Shown piece by piece: positions 46,006 through 61,000 of a stretch of DNA of 64,000 nucleotides. The notes under the pieces were generated by a model. It ran no database searches. It was not told where the DNA came from and worked only from the letters and a program-made list of their open reading frames with translations. This stretch comes from Macrostomum hystrix (lineage: Eukaryota > Animalia > Platyhelminthes). Positions within the stretch are counted from its first letter, which is position 1. Every line of letters starts with the position of its first letter. The DNA lies in assembly GCA_950097015.1 (NCBI GenBank), contig CATNEN010000026.1:1240001-1304000 (forward strand). Direction: 5' to 3'. Position numbers and translations under genes: made by a program.

Positions 46006-49000
46006 ATGCTTGATGCTCTTCAGTTTGCATTAGCCCAAATAGAAAATTTGGTTAATTTGCTAAACAAAAAGTCACTCAAACAATATGCTGCTGAAATATC
46101 ACAGGTAAGACTGACAAGTGACAAGAACATTGAAATAGCTTTTTATATGTTAGAAAGCTACAGAAGTATCTAAAACTATACAATTTATAACTAGGCCTAT
46201 ACACAACATAAATATCATGTCTCAATGTATTTAGGTCAGATTAGGCTAGCCATGCCTAAGAACATTATATAAAGCTTACTGTTAGAAAGGTACTACCATA
46301 TATTTGTTAGCTAAATATAAAACATCTGCATCTATGATTAGCTAAATTTATTATTAATTATAATTATCATAGCTATTCTATCTGGTAGCAAGGTTTCTAT
46401 ATGTATAAAATGAGTATAGCAAAAATTATGACACTAATATATTTTATGTTTATTTAAGTTTTCCTGTTTATATAGAAATTTTTTAATATGTTTAATTTGA
46501 ACTTAGCATAAGTTCCTCTGGTAGGGTTATTGCTGCTTCCACAGAAGTCTGGTCTCTTGTTCTTGTAAACTTATGCTTGTGGGCCATTGAAAATATGAAG
46601 TTAATGATCTCTTCAAAACAAGGTGCTGAACAAATTCCAGCATTCCTGCAACTTGGGTGGGAAGACAAGAAAAAAGTTTAATTAGTTAAATCCTCAACAG
46701 GATAAAATACAAAGGGCAAACCAAAGTACCAAAATCAGAAGCCACTAGGGCAAAGATAAACAGAATAGGACTTTAGCCCAAACAGCAAAAAGCCACAATA
46801 GAAACAGGACTTAGCACAATGCAACACAACATGATACTGCAAAAAAGAAGGATGGAAAGGGTGGCAGAATACAGAAGAAAGTAACATTGAAACTAGGAAA
46901 GCTTGGGACCTCTCCATTTACACTAAAATCCCAGACAGGTAGGTAGTCATCTGGTAAACACTTGAGATTTAAAGTGCTTGCATAAATTGGCATAAACAAT
47001 GAGCAGACAAAGAGTAAAAGGCTAATTCTATGAGATGACAGTTGTTTAGTTGGTGTACATAATAATCATTATTTGTACCAAAGACAAACTAACTTGAGAC
47101 TTTGTATGTTCTACTTCTATATTGATGGGTGTGACCTCTAGATTAAGATAATATACATTTTAAATTAATTTTATTTAGGGCCTACTGTGTTAATGTAGCA
47201 GACAGAAACTTTCAATGATGGTCATTTTTTGTAAAAGTTGGCATATTCAAATTTTCAATATAAGTTCAAGTTTCCTGCAAATCAGGCAAGTTTTTGTCTA
47301 AATCCATCATTTGTTGTAGTAAACAATAGCTAGATAAACAGTTATAAACAAATTTCACATGTTAGTAGCCAGTTTTAAGTGTGTTGCACATTTTTTCTTA
47401 GATGATGGTTGTTAGACTGACAGTCATTTGTTTCAGAAAACGACTATCATTTTTTAAAACAGCATAAGGAATCCTCTATTTTGGATAATATCTGGGTTTT
47501 AAGATTGTTTATAACTAATATTAGTTCTAATAAAAATATTTAATGCTTTTCTAACCATAAAATTGATTACACTAATCTCACATTTCAGATCAAACCTACC
47601 ATGTACTTGTACCTTCAACAAATCATAAACTTCAAGATTGCCTGACTCAATAATCATAAATATGGCTAATCAGTTAATAGAGGGAATAGTGCATGAAACA
47701 ATTAAATAAACCAATGGCTTAGTATGACTTAACAAAAAAGATAATTTATTTTAAGGCATATAAAACAATATTAACAGTATCTCTTAAAGGCTTGAATTCC
47801 AAAACATGTATTGTCTTTAAAATTGATGCAAGAAACTTTTACAAGAGAAATTGATTAAAAATACACAACTTGAGAACAGTACTGATAGTTAATTGTATGA
47901 ATTTTATCTAATTTATGAAAAAATGATAGTAATAATGTTTTCTGAATATATACAGGTTTTAAGAATGCAGGAAATGATGGTCGTTGGGTAAATTTGCAGG
48001 GTTTTTTAAGCATATTAAACTTATCACATGCTAACAAAAAAACAATTTAACTTAGATCTTGGCTAAGAAAATATTTTAGCAAAAAAATCCCTTCACAAGC
48101 CTTTTGAACTTGGTATAACAACTTTTGATTAAAAAATGATGGTCATTTTTAACACTTAAAAAGCAAAGCCCAAACTTTTCAAAGCAAAAGTTATGATAAA
48201 AAGAAATATGTTAGGTCATAAAACTTTTATTTCAATTTTTAGATATAATAAAGTTAAGTTATTTTTATATTTACATTCTCTGAGGTAAATTTAAGACTAA
48301 TTAGTTCCTAATGAAAACTAGATTCACTTTTTATAATGTCCTGCAGAACATTGAAATGATTGTAGGGGTACATGATCAAAACAAAGAATATAAACCTTAA
48401 GGTAGATAAATATGTTTAAAACTACTTGAACATAAAACTATATATAATTATGTACAAAAAGAAATATAAAATTTGATAAATATAGCATAAAAAAGTATAT
48501 CCCATTGATGACCTTCTCATGGAATTACCCAAAATCACTTAAGTAGAAGATGATTGATGGGTGAAACAAAGAAGTCTGCACATATCTAAGGAATTGGGAT
48601 GACCACTAATGAAGCCTCTTTGTTTGACCTGAAACAGCTTGTTATCAAGCTTGTTATCACTTGCTAGCAGCTGGTCCATTTTGGAAATGACATTCAATCT
48701 ATGTATGTAATACTTAACAGATTAAGTCTCTACACAGTATTGGACCTCTGGAACAGAAATTCTGTACATAAAACAACTATGCTGCTTGGCAAACGTCACA
48801 AACTCAGGAGTAGAGACATCAGTCAAACTCTTGAACTATTGCTGCTGCAAAAAGGGTTTTAAAAGAGTGGCGCCACTCCATGCCAAGCAGCCCTGCACTC
48901 TTTACAAGTTTTGGCAGAGTGAAGAGAATTGGCCTTTGTATAGAAAAAATTAAAATTTTAGTTGCTATTATTAGTTGAGCACTGCACTGATCCATTGAGA

Positions 49001-52000
49001 TTTTGCCGCAAAATTCCTGCGGCTGCTTGTAATATAGTTGTCACACCTGTTACCACAACGCAATACAGAGCAACAGCGTTGGCATATGTGACGGGCTCCA
49101 CAGGTGGCAGGAGATCAGAGTTTTCTGAATGTGGACGCCCCAGTTGATGTGGGCAGTGCTATGTTATGCTGAGGCCTTTAGATCTTTAGCAGACTGCGGC
49201 GGACAAGAAATTTTTTAAGTTGTCAAGAAATGAATAGAAAAAAATACAGTCAGTATTTTTTGGCTGTCCTGCATGCAGCCAATAGAGAAGAGAAGCGAAA
49301 GTGAGAGGGCACTGTGTCCTTGGCTATATATTTATCCATCGTTTAGTTGGACAGACTGGAGGGAGGTAGGCGGGCCGATAACAAAAGGGTGCGCGAATTG
49401 AAAGGGTGTTAAAAAATTGAATCACAAAACAAAAAATAGGCACTTATTGATTATAAAGAGAAAGTCTCACCGAAAAAATTGCCATTCTCTATTTTTAAGA
49501 ACATAGAACATAGCTGATGTTTACTTAACACAATAACCCTGCATTTTACACAATATAATCCCATCTAGTTGGTCAATCAACATGGCTTCGAGGCGGAGCG
49601 GCATCTGTATCGCTGCCTGTTCTCCAGCATCGACTTCTCCGCTAGCGTCGCCGGTGGAGGCGGCGGTGGCGGCTCCTCATCGCAGTACGATCGTCACTCC
49701 GGCATTAAAGACTTCCTGCAGATTCAACTGCTGAGCCAGGAGATAAATAGCCTGTTTGCCAAGCCCAACTTTGTCACCCTAATCTGCTACGCCATCGATC
49801 ATCCGTTCTCGACTCAGAAGAGCCTACGGCCTGGCCCTAGCCTATTGCCGCAGATCAGTCGCACACTGAGACTGACTCGAGCCCAGGAGGTTACACTAGG
49901 CCTGGCTCTGCTGTTCTCCCTAAGGCAGGAAACGCGAGATTGCGCGCAAACTTGGCTACAAGCTAAACTGCCTGATCTGCTTGGCGCTTATGTGGAAGCT
50001 GACGCTGGTGGTCACGATATTGGCACCGGCGGCGCATCTGGTTTGGGACTTGGCGGAATTGGCAGCGGTGGCACCGCCGGCCTTCAGGAGATGAGCATCG
50101 AGATGGTCCATCTTATCCTTACTAAGCTGCGCGAGAGTCAACCGCGCCAGTTCGGAGCCAGTCCTGAGCTAGTTGAAGCTTTTCTGCGTGTACTACGCAA
50201 AGATTTTCCAAAGCAACGCGTTCCCGTGGTGCTGGCGCCATTGTTGTACTCCGACACGGAGGATCTGCCAGTTTCCAAAGCGTTTCGAGAGCCCAGCTCG
50301 CTACAACAGATGGTTCTTAGCTCTAATTCTGCTCTGCAGGTTTGTTATTGCGGTTTCTTGATGATGGGTTTCACTTGTCAATTGTTATGGCTGTAATATT
50401 TCACTTATGTCTATATTTTCGGCTGCTTGTAGAAAGAAAGAAGCCTACTGAAGGTTCCCAATGCAGGGAGGGAAGCAGCCTACTGTTGGTGTCAAATGCA
50501 GCGAGGGAAGCAGCCTACTGTTGGTGTCTAATGCAGGCAGGGAAGCAGCCTACTGTTGGTATCTAATGCAGGCAGGGAAGCAGCATACTGTTGGTATCTA
50601 ATGCAGGCAGGGAAGCAGCCTACTGTTGGTATCTAATGCAGGGAGGGAAGCAGCCTACTGTTGGTGTCTAATGCAGGGAGGGAAGCAGCCTACTGTTGGT
50701 GTCTAATGCAGGGAGGGAAGCAGCCTACTGTTGGTGTCTAATGCAGGGAGGGAAGCAGCCTACTGTTGGTGTCAAATGCAGGGAGGGAAGCAGCCTACTG
50801 TTGGTGTCTAATGCAGGGAGGGAAGCAGCCTACTGTTGGTGTCTAATGCAGTTAGGGAAGCAGCCTACTGTTGGTGTCTAATGCAGGGAGGGAAGCAGCC
50901 TACAGAAAGAAGGGATGCTACCTAACAACTATTGAAGAGGCTGCTTCCTGGTATAGTCCATGAAGAGCTCGAGTAGCAGTGATCAGAGTCTTTTTAACGA
51001 AGCCACAATCGGGCCATATATAATGTGTCATTAGTTTTCATTGCGAATATAAGTCCCAATCACTCGCATGAACATCAGAACGCAGGCCAAGGCGACTGGG
51101 CCCTAGCGGAACTGCTGGAGGAGCTGGGCTACGACTGCTTAGCAACCCCGGAATCTGCCCGCATAGTCCTAACTGAATTCGGAGTTCGAGATATTGGACC
51201 AGCCGCCGTGGCCCGCTGCTTGTCAATGTTTATGCGCACCTGCGATGGCCAACTTGTGGATCGCCAGATTGGTCTACATGGCCCCGGCATAGGCGGTGAT
51301 AATGAGTCCACTGGCTCTACTACCAGCTGGTGCGTTGAGAATTTCTTAGCCACTGTGCGCGAATTAATTCCCGGATTGCAGATTCGCAGCGTTGTGCCAG
51401 AGCTAGACCACGACGGCTTCGAAGTGAAATCTCTGCGAGGCTTTGAACTGCTGCAATTGTGCTTAGTCAAAGGAGGGCAGGTAATAGGATTTTAACATTG
51501 TTAGCCGCTACTGAATCACCCGATACCCGTGTCCTGAATCAATCCCAGAAATACCTGAAATCCCTGTGCTGCATCAATCCCAGAACTACTCGACATCTGT
51601 GATTTAAATGAATTCCAGAAATACCTGAAGTCCCTGTCCTTAATCAATCCCAGAACCACCTGAAATCCCTGTCCTGAATAAATCCCAGAACCACCTGAAA
51701 TCCCTGTCCTGAATAAATCCCAGAAATGCCCGAAATCCCTGTCCTGAATTAATCCCAGAACCACCTGAAATCCCTGTCCTGTATAAACCACAGAACCAAC
51801 TGATATCCCTGTCCTGAATAAATCCCAGAACCAACTGAAATCCCTGTCCTGAATAAATCCCAGAATTGCCTGAAATCCCTGTCCTGAATAAATCCCAGAA
51901 ATGCCCGAAATCCCTGTCCTGAATTAATCCCAGAACCACCTGAAATCCCTGTCCTGTATAAACCACAGAACCAACTGAAATCCCTGTCCTGAATAAATCC

Positions 52001-55000
52001 CAGAACCAGCTGAAATCCCTGTCCTGTATAAACCACAGAACCAACTGATATCCCTGTCCTGAATAAATCCCAGAACCAACTGAAATCCCTGTCCTGAATA
52101 AATCCCAGAATTGCCTGAAATCCCTGTCCTGAATAAATCCCAGAAATGCCCGAAATCCCTGTCCTGAATTAATCCCAGAACCACCTGAAATCCCTGTCCT
52201 GTATAAACCACAGAACCAACTGAAATCCCTGTCCTAAATAAATCCCAGAACCAGCTGAAATCCCTGTCCTGTATAAACCACAGAACCAACTGATATCCCT
52301 GTCCTGAATAAATCCCAGAACCAACTGAAATCCCTGTCCTGAATAAATCCCAGAATTGCCTGAAATCCCTGTCCTGAATAAATCCCAGAAATGCCCGAAA
52401 TCCCTGTCCTGAATTAATCCCAGAACCACCTGAAATCCCTGTCCTGTATAAACCACAGAACCAACTGAAATCCCTGTCCTGAATAAATCCCAGAACCAGC
52501 TGAAATCCCTGTCCTGTATAAACCACAGAACCAACTGAAATCCCTGTCCTGAATAAATCCCAGAAACAGCTGAAATCCCTGTCCTGTATAAACCACAGAA
52601 CCAACTGATATCCCTGTCCTGAATTAATCCCAGAACCACCTGAAATCCCTGTCCTGTATAAACCACAGAACCAACTGATATCCCTGTCCTGAATAAATCC
52701 CAGAACCAACTGAAATCCCTGTCCTGAATAAATCCCAGAACCAACTGAAATCCCTGTCCTGAATAAATCCCAGAACCAACTGAAATCCCTGTCCTGAATA
52801 AATCCCAGAAATGCCCGAAATCCCTGTCCTGAATAAATCCCAGAACCAACTGAAATCCCTGTCCTGAATAAATCCCAGAAATGCCTGAAATCCCTGTCCT
52901 GAATAAATCCCAGAACCAACTGATATCCCTGTCCTGAATAAATCCCAGAACCAACTGAAATCCCTGTCCTGAATAATTCCCAGAACCAACTGAAATCCCT
53001 GTCCTGAATAAATCCCAGAACCAACTGAAATCCCTGTCCTGAATAAATCCCAGAAATGCCCGAAATCCCTGTCCTGAATAAATCCCAGAACCAACTGAAA
53101 TCCCTGTCCTGAATAAATCCCAGAACCAACTGAAATCCCTGTCCTGAATAAATCCCAGAAATGCCCGAAATCCCTGTCCTGAATAAATCCCAGAAATGCC
53201 CGAAATCCCTGTCCTGAATTAATCCCAGAACCAGCTGAAATCCCTGTCCTGAATAAATCCCAGAACCACCTGAAATCCCTGTCCTGTATAAACCACAGAA
53301 CCAACTGAAATCCCTGTCCTGAATAAATCTCAGAACCAGCTGAAATCCCTGTCCTGAATAAATCCCAGAACCAGCTGAAATCCCTGTCCTGAATAAATCC
53401 CAGAACCAGCTGAAATCCCTGTCCTGAATAAATCCCAGAACCAACTGAAATCCCTGTCCTGTATAAACCACAGAACCAGCTGAAATCCCTGTCCTGTATA
53501 AACCACAGAACCAGCTGAAATCCCTGTCCTGTATAAACCACAGAACCAACTGAAATCCCTGTCCTGTATAAACCACAGAACCAGCTGAAATCCCTGTCCT
53601 GAATAAATCCCAGAACCAACTGAAATCCCTGTCCTGTATAAACCACAGAACCAACTGAAATCCCTGTCCTAAATAAATCCCAGAACCACCTGAAATCCCT
53701 GTCCTGAATGAATCCCAGAACCAACTGAAATCCCTGTCCTGTATAAACCACAGAACCAGCTGAAATCCCTGTCCTGAATAAATTCCAGAACCATCTGAAA
53801 TCCCTGTCCTGTATAAACCACAGAACCAACTGAAATCCCTGTCCTGAATAAATCCCAGAACCAGCTGAAATCCCTGTCCTGAATAAATCCCAGAACCAAC
53901 TGAAATCCCTGTCCTGTATAAACCACAGAACCAACTGAAATCCCTGTCCTGAATAAATCCCAGAATCAGCTGAAATCCCTGTCCTGAATAAATCCCAGAA
54001 CCAGCTGAAATCCCTGTCCTGAATAAATCCCAGAACCAACTGAAATCCCTGTCCTGTATAAACCACAGAACCAACTGAAATCCCTGTCCTGAATAAATCC
54101 CAGAATCAGCTGAAATCCCTGTCCTAAATAAATCCCAGAACCAGCTGAAATCCCTGTCCTGAATAAATCCCAGAACCAACTGAAATCCCTGTCCTGAATA
54201 AATCCCAGAACCAGCTGAAATCCCTGTCCTGAATAAATCCCAGAACCACCTGAAATCCCTGTCCTGTATAAACCACAGAACCAGCTGAAATCCCTGTCCT
54301 GAATAAATCCCAGAACCACCTGAAATCCCTGTCCTGTATAAACCACAGAACCAGCTGAAATCCCTGTCCTGAATAAATCCCAGAACCACCTGAAATCCCT
54401 GTCCTGTATAAACCACAGAACCAACTGAAATCCCTGTCCTGAATAAATCCCAGAACCAACTGAAATCCCTGTCCTGAATAAATATTTTATCTCTGAAGCA
54501 CATAAAATCTTTGTCCTGAATCATTCCCAGAAGCACCTGAAATCTTAGGTCAAGAAGAGCAATTGTTTACCGAGGCATAATAATTCATTCTTCGTTTTCC
54601 CAGGGCCCAAACAACGATCTGCCTATTGAAGTATTTTACCGGCCCTGGCGCAACGCCCAGGGTCAGCTGTCTTTCCTGCGTCACTGCCTGCTGCACCCGG
54701 ATGTTATCTGCCTGAGCTATTGGCGCTATCGTCAGTCTGAGCTAGCGCGCATTCCCCAAAATGCTTCCACCGAGGAAGATTCTAGGGCTACTCAGATTTG
54801 GCGCAATTTAGATCTCATCGATGCTCTGCTGTGTCTGGCCGAAAAGGTGTGTGATTTGCTAATTTATTGAATGTTTAAGGTGCCAATCAATTAGTCTCAA
54901 TTTAACACTCAGTCTTCTATTTGAAATTTAATCTATTACACAAGTCACTTGACCTCCTTAGAACAGTAAGAACATTTCTAGATTAAAGAGGTCAGTTGAC

Positions 55001-58000
55001 CTCTCTAATACAATTAAACAGGTTCTAGATTCAAGGGTCAGTTGACCTCTCTAATACAATTAAACAGGTTCTAGATTCAAGGGTCAGTTGACCTCTCTAA
55101 TACAATTAAACAGGTTATAGATTTAAGGGTCAGTTGACCTCCCTAATACAATTAAACAGGTTCTAGATTCAAGGGTCAGTTGACCTCTCTAATACAATTA
55201 AACAGGTTATAGATTTAAGGGTCAGTTGACCTCCCTAATACAATTAAACAGGTTCTAGATTCAAGGGTCAGTTGACCTCTCTAATACAATTAAACAGGTT
55301 CTAGATTCAAGGGGTCAGTTGACCTCTCTAATACAATTAAACAGGTTCTAGATTCAAGGGTCAGTTGACCTCTCTAATACAATTAAACAGGATCTAGAAT
55401 AAAGGGTCAGTTGACCTCTCTAATACAGTTAAACAGGTTCTAGATTAAAGACGTCGGTTGAACCCCACTATAGCACTAAGTGGATGATATAAAACAGTTA
55501 AAAAACATTTTGCTCGAGAAGCTAAAAGTGCATTTCATCCCCATACCTATTCTCCCAGGGATTCTACGCTGAAGTTCGGGAACTGCTCGACCAGCCAATC
55601 AAATCGTGCCCAGATTTGCTTACCCTTTCGCTGCTCCAATCGCACGATTCCACTCCGAACGGCATAGGCATACTCAAGCAAGAGCTGCTACATTTGTTAA
55701 CCTGCCTGTTGCTTAGCAACTATCAGAATGTGCACATTGTGCTCAAGCACGCCTGGAATTATCAGCCAGTGCGTCCTGTTCTAATTGGCGCCATCGCCGA
55801 TTGGACCGCCTGGTCGGGTGAGCACGACGACAAGGCCGAAGTGTTTCGAGTGGCGAAGATTCTCGAGCTGCTAGTTAACTACATACCCGGCAATGGCAGC
55901 ATGGAGAGTTTGGCCATGTCTCTGAAGTCGCCAAACTATATGTTCAGCCTGAGCTTGGCTTGCATCGCTTCTAAAAGAGATTATCTCAATTTAGAAGTCT
56001 GGTTCGGCGAGCGACTAGTTGAATGCGGAGACACTTTCGCTCAGGCGGCGATTAAATTTCTGGGCGCCAGGGCTGCCGCACTGGTGTCTGCCGAGGATGC
56101 CCCGCTGGAGCTGCAGCGCCCTGTTGCTCAGGTACGGGATGGCTGAAGTTCTCACTGAAGGACTTCTGGCATGGCTGAAGCTCTCACTGAGGGACTTCTG
56201 GGATGGCTGAAGCTCTCACTGAGGGACTTCTGGGATGGCTGAAGCTCTCACTGAGGGACTTCTGGGATGGCTGAAGCTCTCACTGAGGGACTTCTGGGAT
56301 GGCTGAAGCTCTCACCGAGGGACTTCTGGGATGGCTGAAGCACTCACTGAGGGACTTCTGGGATGGCTGAAGCTCTCACTGAGGGACTTCTGGGATGGCT
56401 GAAGCTCTCACTGAGGGACTTCTGGGATGCCTAAAGCTCTCACTGAGGGGTTATTAGGGATGGCTGAAGTTCTCACTGAGGGGTTATTAGGTATTGCTGA
56501 AGTTCTCACTGAGGGGTTATTAGGTATTGCTGAAGTTCTCACTGAGGGGTTATTAGGGATGGCTGAAGTTCTCACTGAGGGGTTATTAGGTATTGCTGAA
56601 GTTCTCACTGAGGGGTTATTAGGTATTGCTGAAGTTCTCACTGAGGGGTTATTAGGTATGGCTGAAGTTCTCACTGAGGGGTTATTAGGGATGGCTGAAG
56701 TTCTCACTGAGGGATTTTTTGGATGCCTGAATTTCTCATTGGGTAATTTATTGCGGAAGGATTTTTCATTGGTCTTCATTTCCGAATTCTTACTTGTTAC
56801 ATTTTCCCGGTCCCGTAGTACATGGACAAGATAGTCGTGCAGATTATTATCCGAGGCCTGGAGCGCCGACTTCAACAAGGCGCCCTACTGCCAGAAACCG
56901 CTTCGGATGCCAGCACCCTGATTCTTAACTACAGCCGCAATGTGATTGGGCGTCTGCCACCGCCGCCGCAGCTTCCACAGCCTCTGCAGCAGTCGCAACC
57001 TCCGTCGGTGCCGCCGCCTCCGCCTCCTCATCAAATGATGCGACAGTTAAGCGGAAGCTCAGGTAGCGATCCTGTGGGCTCGTCTATGTCCGTTCCTCCG
57101 CCGAATGTGGCTGCTAGCTTTCCATTCGGCAAGCCTCCGGGACCTCTGCCGCCGCCGCTGCCGCCATTCTCTACCATGAGCGGTGGGGCCAACTCTACTT
57201 TGCCCAGTGGAATGCAAGGATTTAGTTCGCAGATGGCCAGTGAGTATTTAACTTCGCAAATAAACTCAGTGATGCATAAGTGACAGTTGTGTGATAGTTT
57301 AGTAACAATAGAAGAATGAAAACATTGAATAACAAGTAAAACATACGTGACTATCGAGTGACTGATGAGTGACCATCGAGTGCTGATGAATGACCATCGA
57401 GTGACTGATGAGTGACCATCAATTGACTGATGAGTGACCATCTAGTGACTGATGAGTGACCATCTAGTGACTGATGAGTGACCATCTAGTGACTGAATTG
57501 AGTGACCATCGAGTGACTGATGAATGACCATCTAGTGACTGATGAGTGACCATCTAGTGACTGAATTGAGTGACCATCGAGTGACTGATGAATGACCATC
57601 TAGTGACTGATGAGTGACCATCGATTGACTGATGAGTGACCATCTAGTGACTGATGAGTGACCATCTAGTGACTGATGAGTGACCATCTAGTGACTGATG
57701 AGTGACCATCTAGTGACTGAATTGAGTGACCATCTAGTGACTGAATTGAGTGACCATCGAGTGACTGATGAGTGACCATCGAGTGACTGATGAGTGACCA
57801 TCTAGTGACTGATGAGTGACCATCTAGTGACTGATGAGTGACCATCTAGTGACTGAATTGAGTGACCATCGAGTGACTGATGAGTGACCATCGAGTGACT
57901 GATGAGTGACCATCGAGTGACTGATGAGTGACCATCTAGTGACTGATGAATGACCATCTAGTGACTGATGAATGACCATCGAGTCACTGATGAATGACCA

Positions 58001-61000
58001 TCGAGTGACTGATGAGTGACCATCGAGTGACTGAATTGAGTGACCATCGAGTGACTGATGAGTGACCATCGAGTGACTGATGAGTGACTATCAACTGACT
58101 GATGAGTGATAAGAGGGAAAAATGAGTGACTTCACGACTGTATTTGCGCGACCATCAATCCAACAGACATGTCTCTGTCGCCGCCGCCACCGCCTCCAAT
58201 GCTGAAGCCATCTGGCGGCCCTGGACTGCCAAATCCTCAGCTGGTTGGCCTGCTATCTCAGCAAATCACTCCTAAGCATGGCAAACTGCCGCCTATGCCG
58301 CCAATCATGCCGCCGCCCAGCATTAATTCAACATCCGCCGGTCCCATGGCAATGCCACCGCCGCCTCCGCTGCAGCCTCAGTCCGTTCTCTCTGGTGGAC
58401 TGCCAATGCGCGGTAACCCGATGCAGCAGCAGCAGCAGCATGGTGTGCCAATGCCAGCCGAACTGCTAGCCCAGCCATTGTCAAGCGATTTAGACGAGCG
58501 TGTGAATCAGATGATGAAGAACCTATTTAGCGGCACTTTGACATCCGAGGAAGTGTTCGCTATACTGCGCGAGCCGGCTGAGAAGGCATTGCGCAATCAT
58601 TTTCTACGCGTACTAGCCGACGAATTTGTTCACATACCGACCAGTTTTCCGCCCAAGCAGCGATCAATTATGGCTGAACTATTTGGCCAAGTCATTTCGC
58701 TGGGCTTTCAACTGGCATCTAACACTGTGCTGGCTTACTTTCTGCGTCTATTGAACTATTGCGTCACCCAGCCTGTGACTAGCGAGTCCGCAGAGACATT
58801 CTTTAGTTTCGGCGTCGATATCCTTAATAAGTGAGTCCATTAATATAAATGCTTCGTTTGAGTTTTCAGTCGATTCCAATCTACAAAAAAGCTTCGTCCG
58901 ATTCTTCAGTCGATTCCATTTCTACCAAAAACTTGGCTCTATTCTTCAGTCGATTCCATTCCTACCAGAAGCTTCGTACGATTCTTCAGCCGATTCCATT
59001 CCTACCAGATGCTTCGTTCGATTCTTCAGTCGATTCCATTCCAAACAGGAGCTTCGTTTGATTCTTAAGTCGATTCCATTCCTACCTGAAGCTTCATTCG
59101 ATTCTTCAGTCGATTCCATTCAACTAAAAGTTTCTTTCGATTCTTCAGTCGATTCCATTCCTACCAGAAGCTTCGTTCGATTCTTCAGTCGATTTCAATC
59201 TACAGAAAGCTTCGTTCGATTCTTCAGTCGATTTCATTCCTACCAGGAGCTTCGTACGATTCTTCAATCGATTCCATTCAACTAAAAGTTTCGTTCGATT
59301 CTTCAGTCGATTCCATTCCTACATAAAGCTTCGTTCGATTCTTCAGTCGATTCCAATCTACAAAAAGCTTCGTTCCATTCTTCAGTCGATTCCATTCAAC
59401 TAAAAGTTTCGTGCGATTCTTGAATCGATTCCATTCAACTAAAAGTTTCGTACGATTCTTCAATCGATTCCATTCAACTAAAAGTTTCGTTCGATTCTTC
59501 AGTCGATTCCATTCCTACATAAAGCTTCGTTCGATTCTTCAGTCGATTCCATTCAACTAAAAGCTTCGTTCGATTCTTCAGTCTAAATTTACCTAAATAC
59601 CTAAATTTACCTAAAACCAATCGCCAAACCTACAGGTGCAAATCGAGTCTGTCGAACTATCCGCAAATGGCTAGCCATCTTCTATCTATTGAGAATTTTG
59701 AAAAGTTTCCAAAAGATCTCCAGATTGGCATTAAAATAGCCGTCAGCGGATCAAAGTCGCATAGTTCACAAAGCGTTACGCCTGATGATCAGAATCTTGC
59801 CAGCATTAGCCAAGCTGCTGTCTCCTCAGCAGACGATCCACTACAGACTGTTGCTGCGCCGCCTGAATCTGTACAAGATTCAATATTCTTTATATTCAAC
59901 AATCTCAGCAAGATTAATGTAGTTCAGAAGGCTGAAGAACTGCGCAGAGCTGTGCCGGACCAATACATACCCTGGCTAGGCCAGTACTTAGTGATGAAGC
60001 GGGTCACTACAGAGCCTAACTTTCACCAGCTCTACATCGATCTAATGGAGGCTTTGAATGTTCCTAAACTGCGCGAGATTGTACTGCAGCAGACCTTTCG
60101 CAGTATTCGCGCCCTACTACAGAACATGCGACCGGATCTGAATGACTACAATGATAGGGCTCTGTTAAAGAATATTGGGAAATTTCTTGGCCTACTCACG
60201 CTAGGCAAGAACAGGCCGATCCTTTACGATGACATGAACCTGAAAGGTCTGCTATTGGAGGCCTACTGCAAGGGTCAAGTTGAGATGCACTACGCAGTAC
60301 CATTCGTTGCCAGAACACTAGAGGCCTGTTCAGTTAGCTCCGTGTTTCAACCGCCGAATCCTTGGACAATGGGCATACTGCGTGTTCTCAAAGAGTTGCA
60401 CATGGATAGCGCGGTGAAGAACTCCTTAAAATTTGAAGTAGAAATCTTGTGCAAGAATTTAAACATCAACTTCGCCGACATCGAGCCCGCATATTACTTG
60501 CGCGATAGCGAACGAGTCCGACAGTTCGACGTTGAGAATTGCCAGATTCGCGGCTGTCGGTCGAACAATCAGCAGCAGCTGCAGCAGGACATTCGAGTAG
60601 TCGGCCCAATGTCCGCCCCAGCTGAAGAGTTTGAGCCGCAGCAGCCGCCGCCAAGTGTCCCGCCGCCCATGGCGCCTATGGGATTTCACGATGCCAATAA
60701 CCAGATGCAGGGCTTGCACAGCATGATGATGCAGCAGGGCGGAGCTAATGCCAATTTTCTGCATCATCAGCAGCAGCAGGCACTTCAGGCTGCGTCTTCT
60801 GCTACAGGTATGTGCAAATTGATACTCTACTTATTAACTGTAGAACTACCAAGCCATTTTGCCGCCCGTTTTATACCCTGAATTTTTTTGGCAGCGCCCG
60901 AATGCTAACAGCGTTGGGTGGTGACTGGTTGACCGACTAGGCAATGGTGTGCTGTGGTTGAGCTGCGCCTAACATTTAGGCTTGATCAGTGAAATTTAAG

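Noticed and set aside
51516-54536. 870-aa and other long minus-strand ORFs
   Set aside because: They are translations of a 35-bp intronic minisatellite inside CNOT1.
56408-56878. 135-156-aa ORFs (AEVLTEGLLG repeats)
   Set aside because: They are translations of the 33-bp intronic minisatellite.
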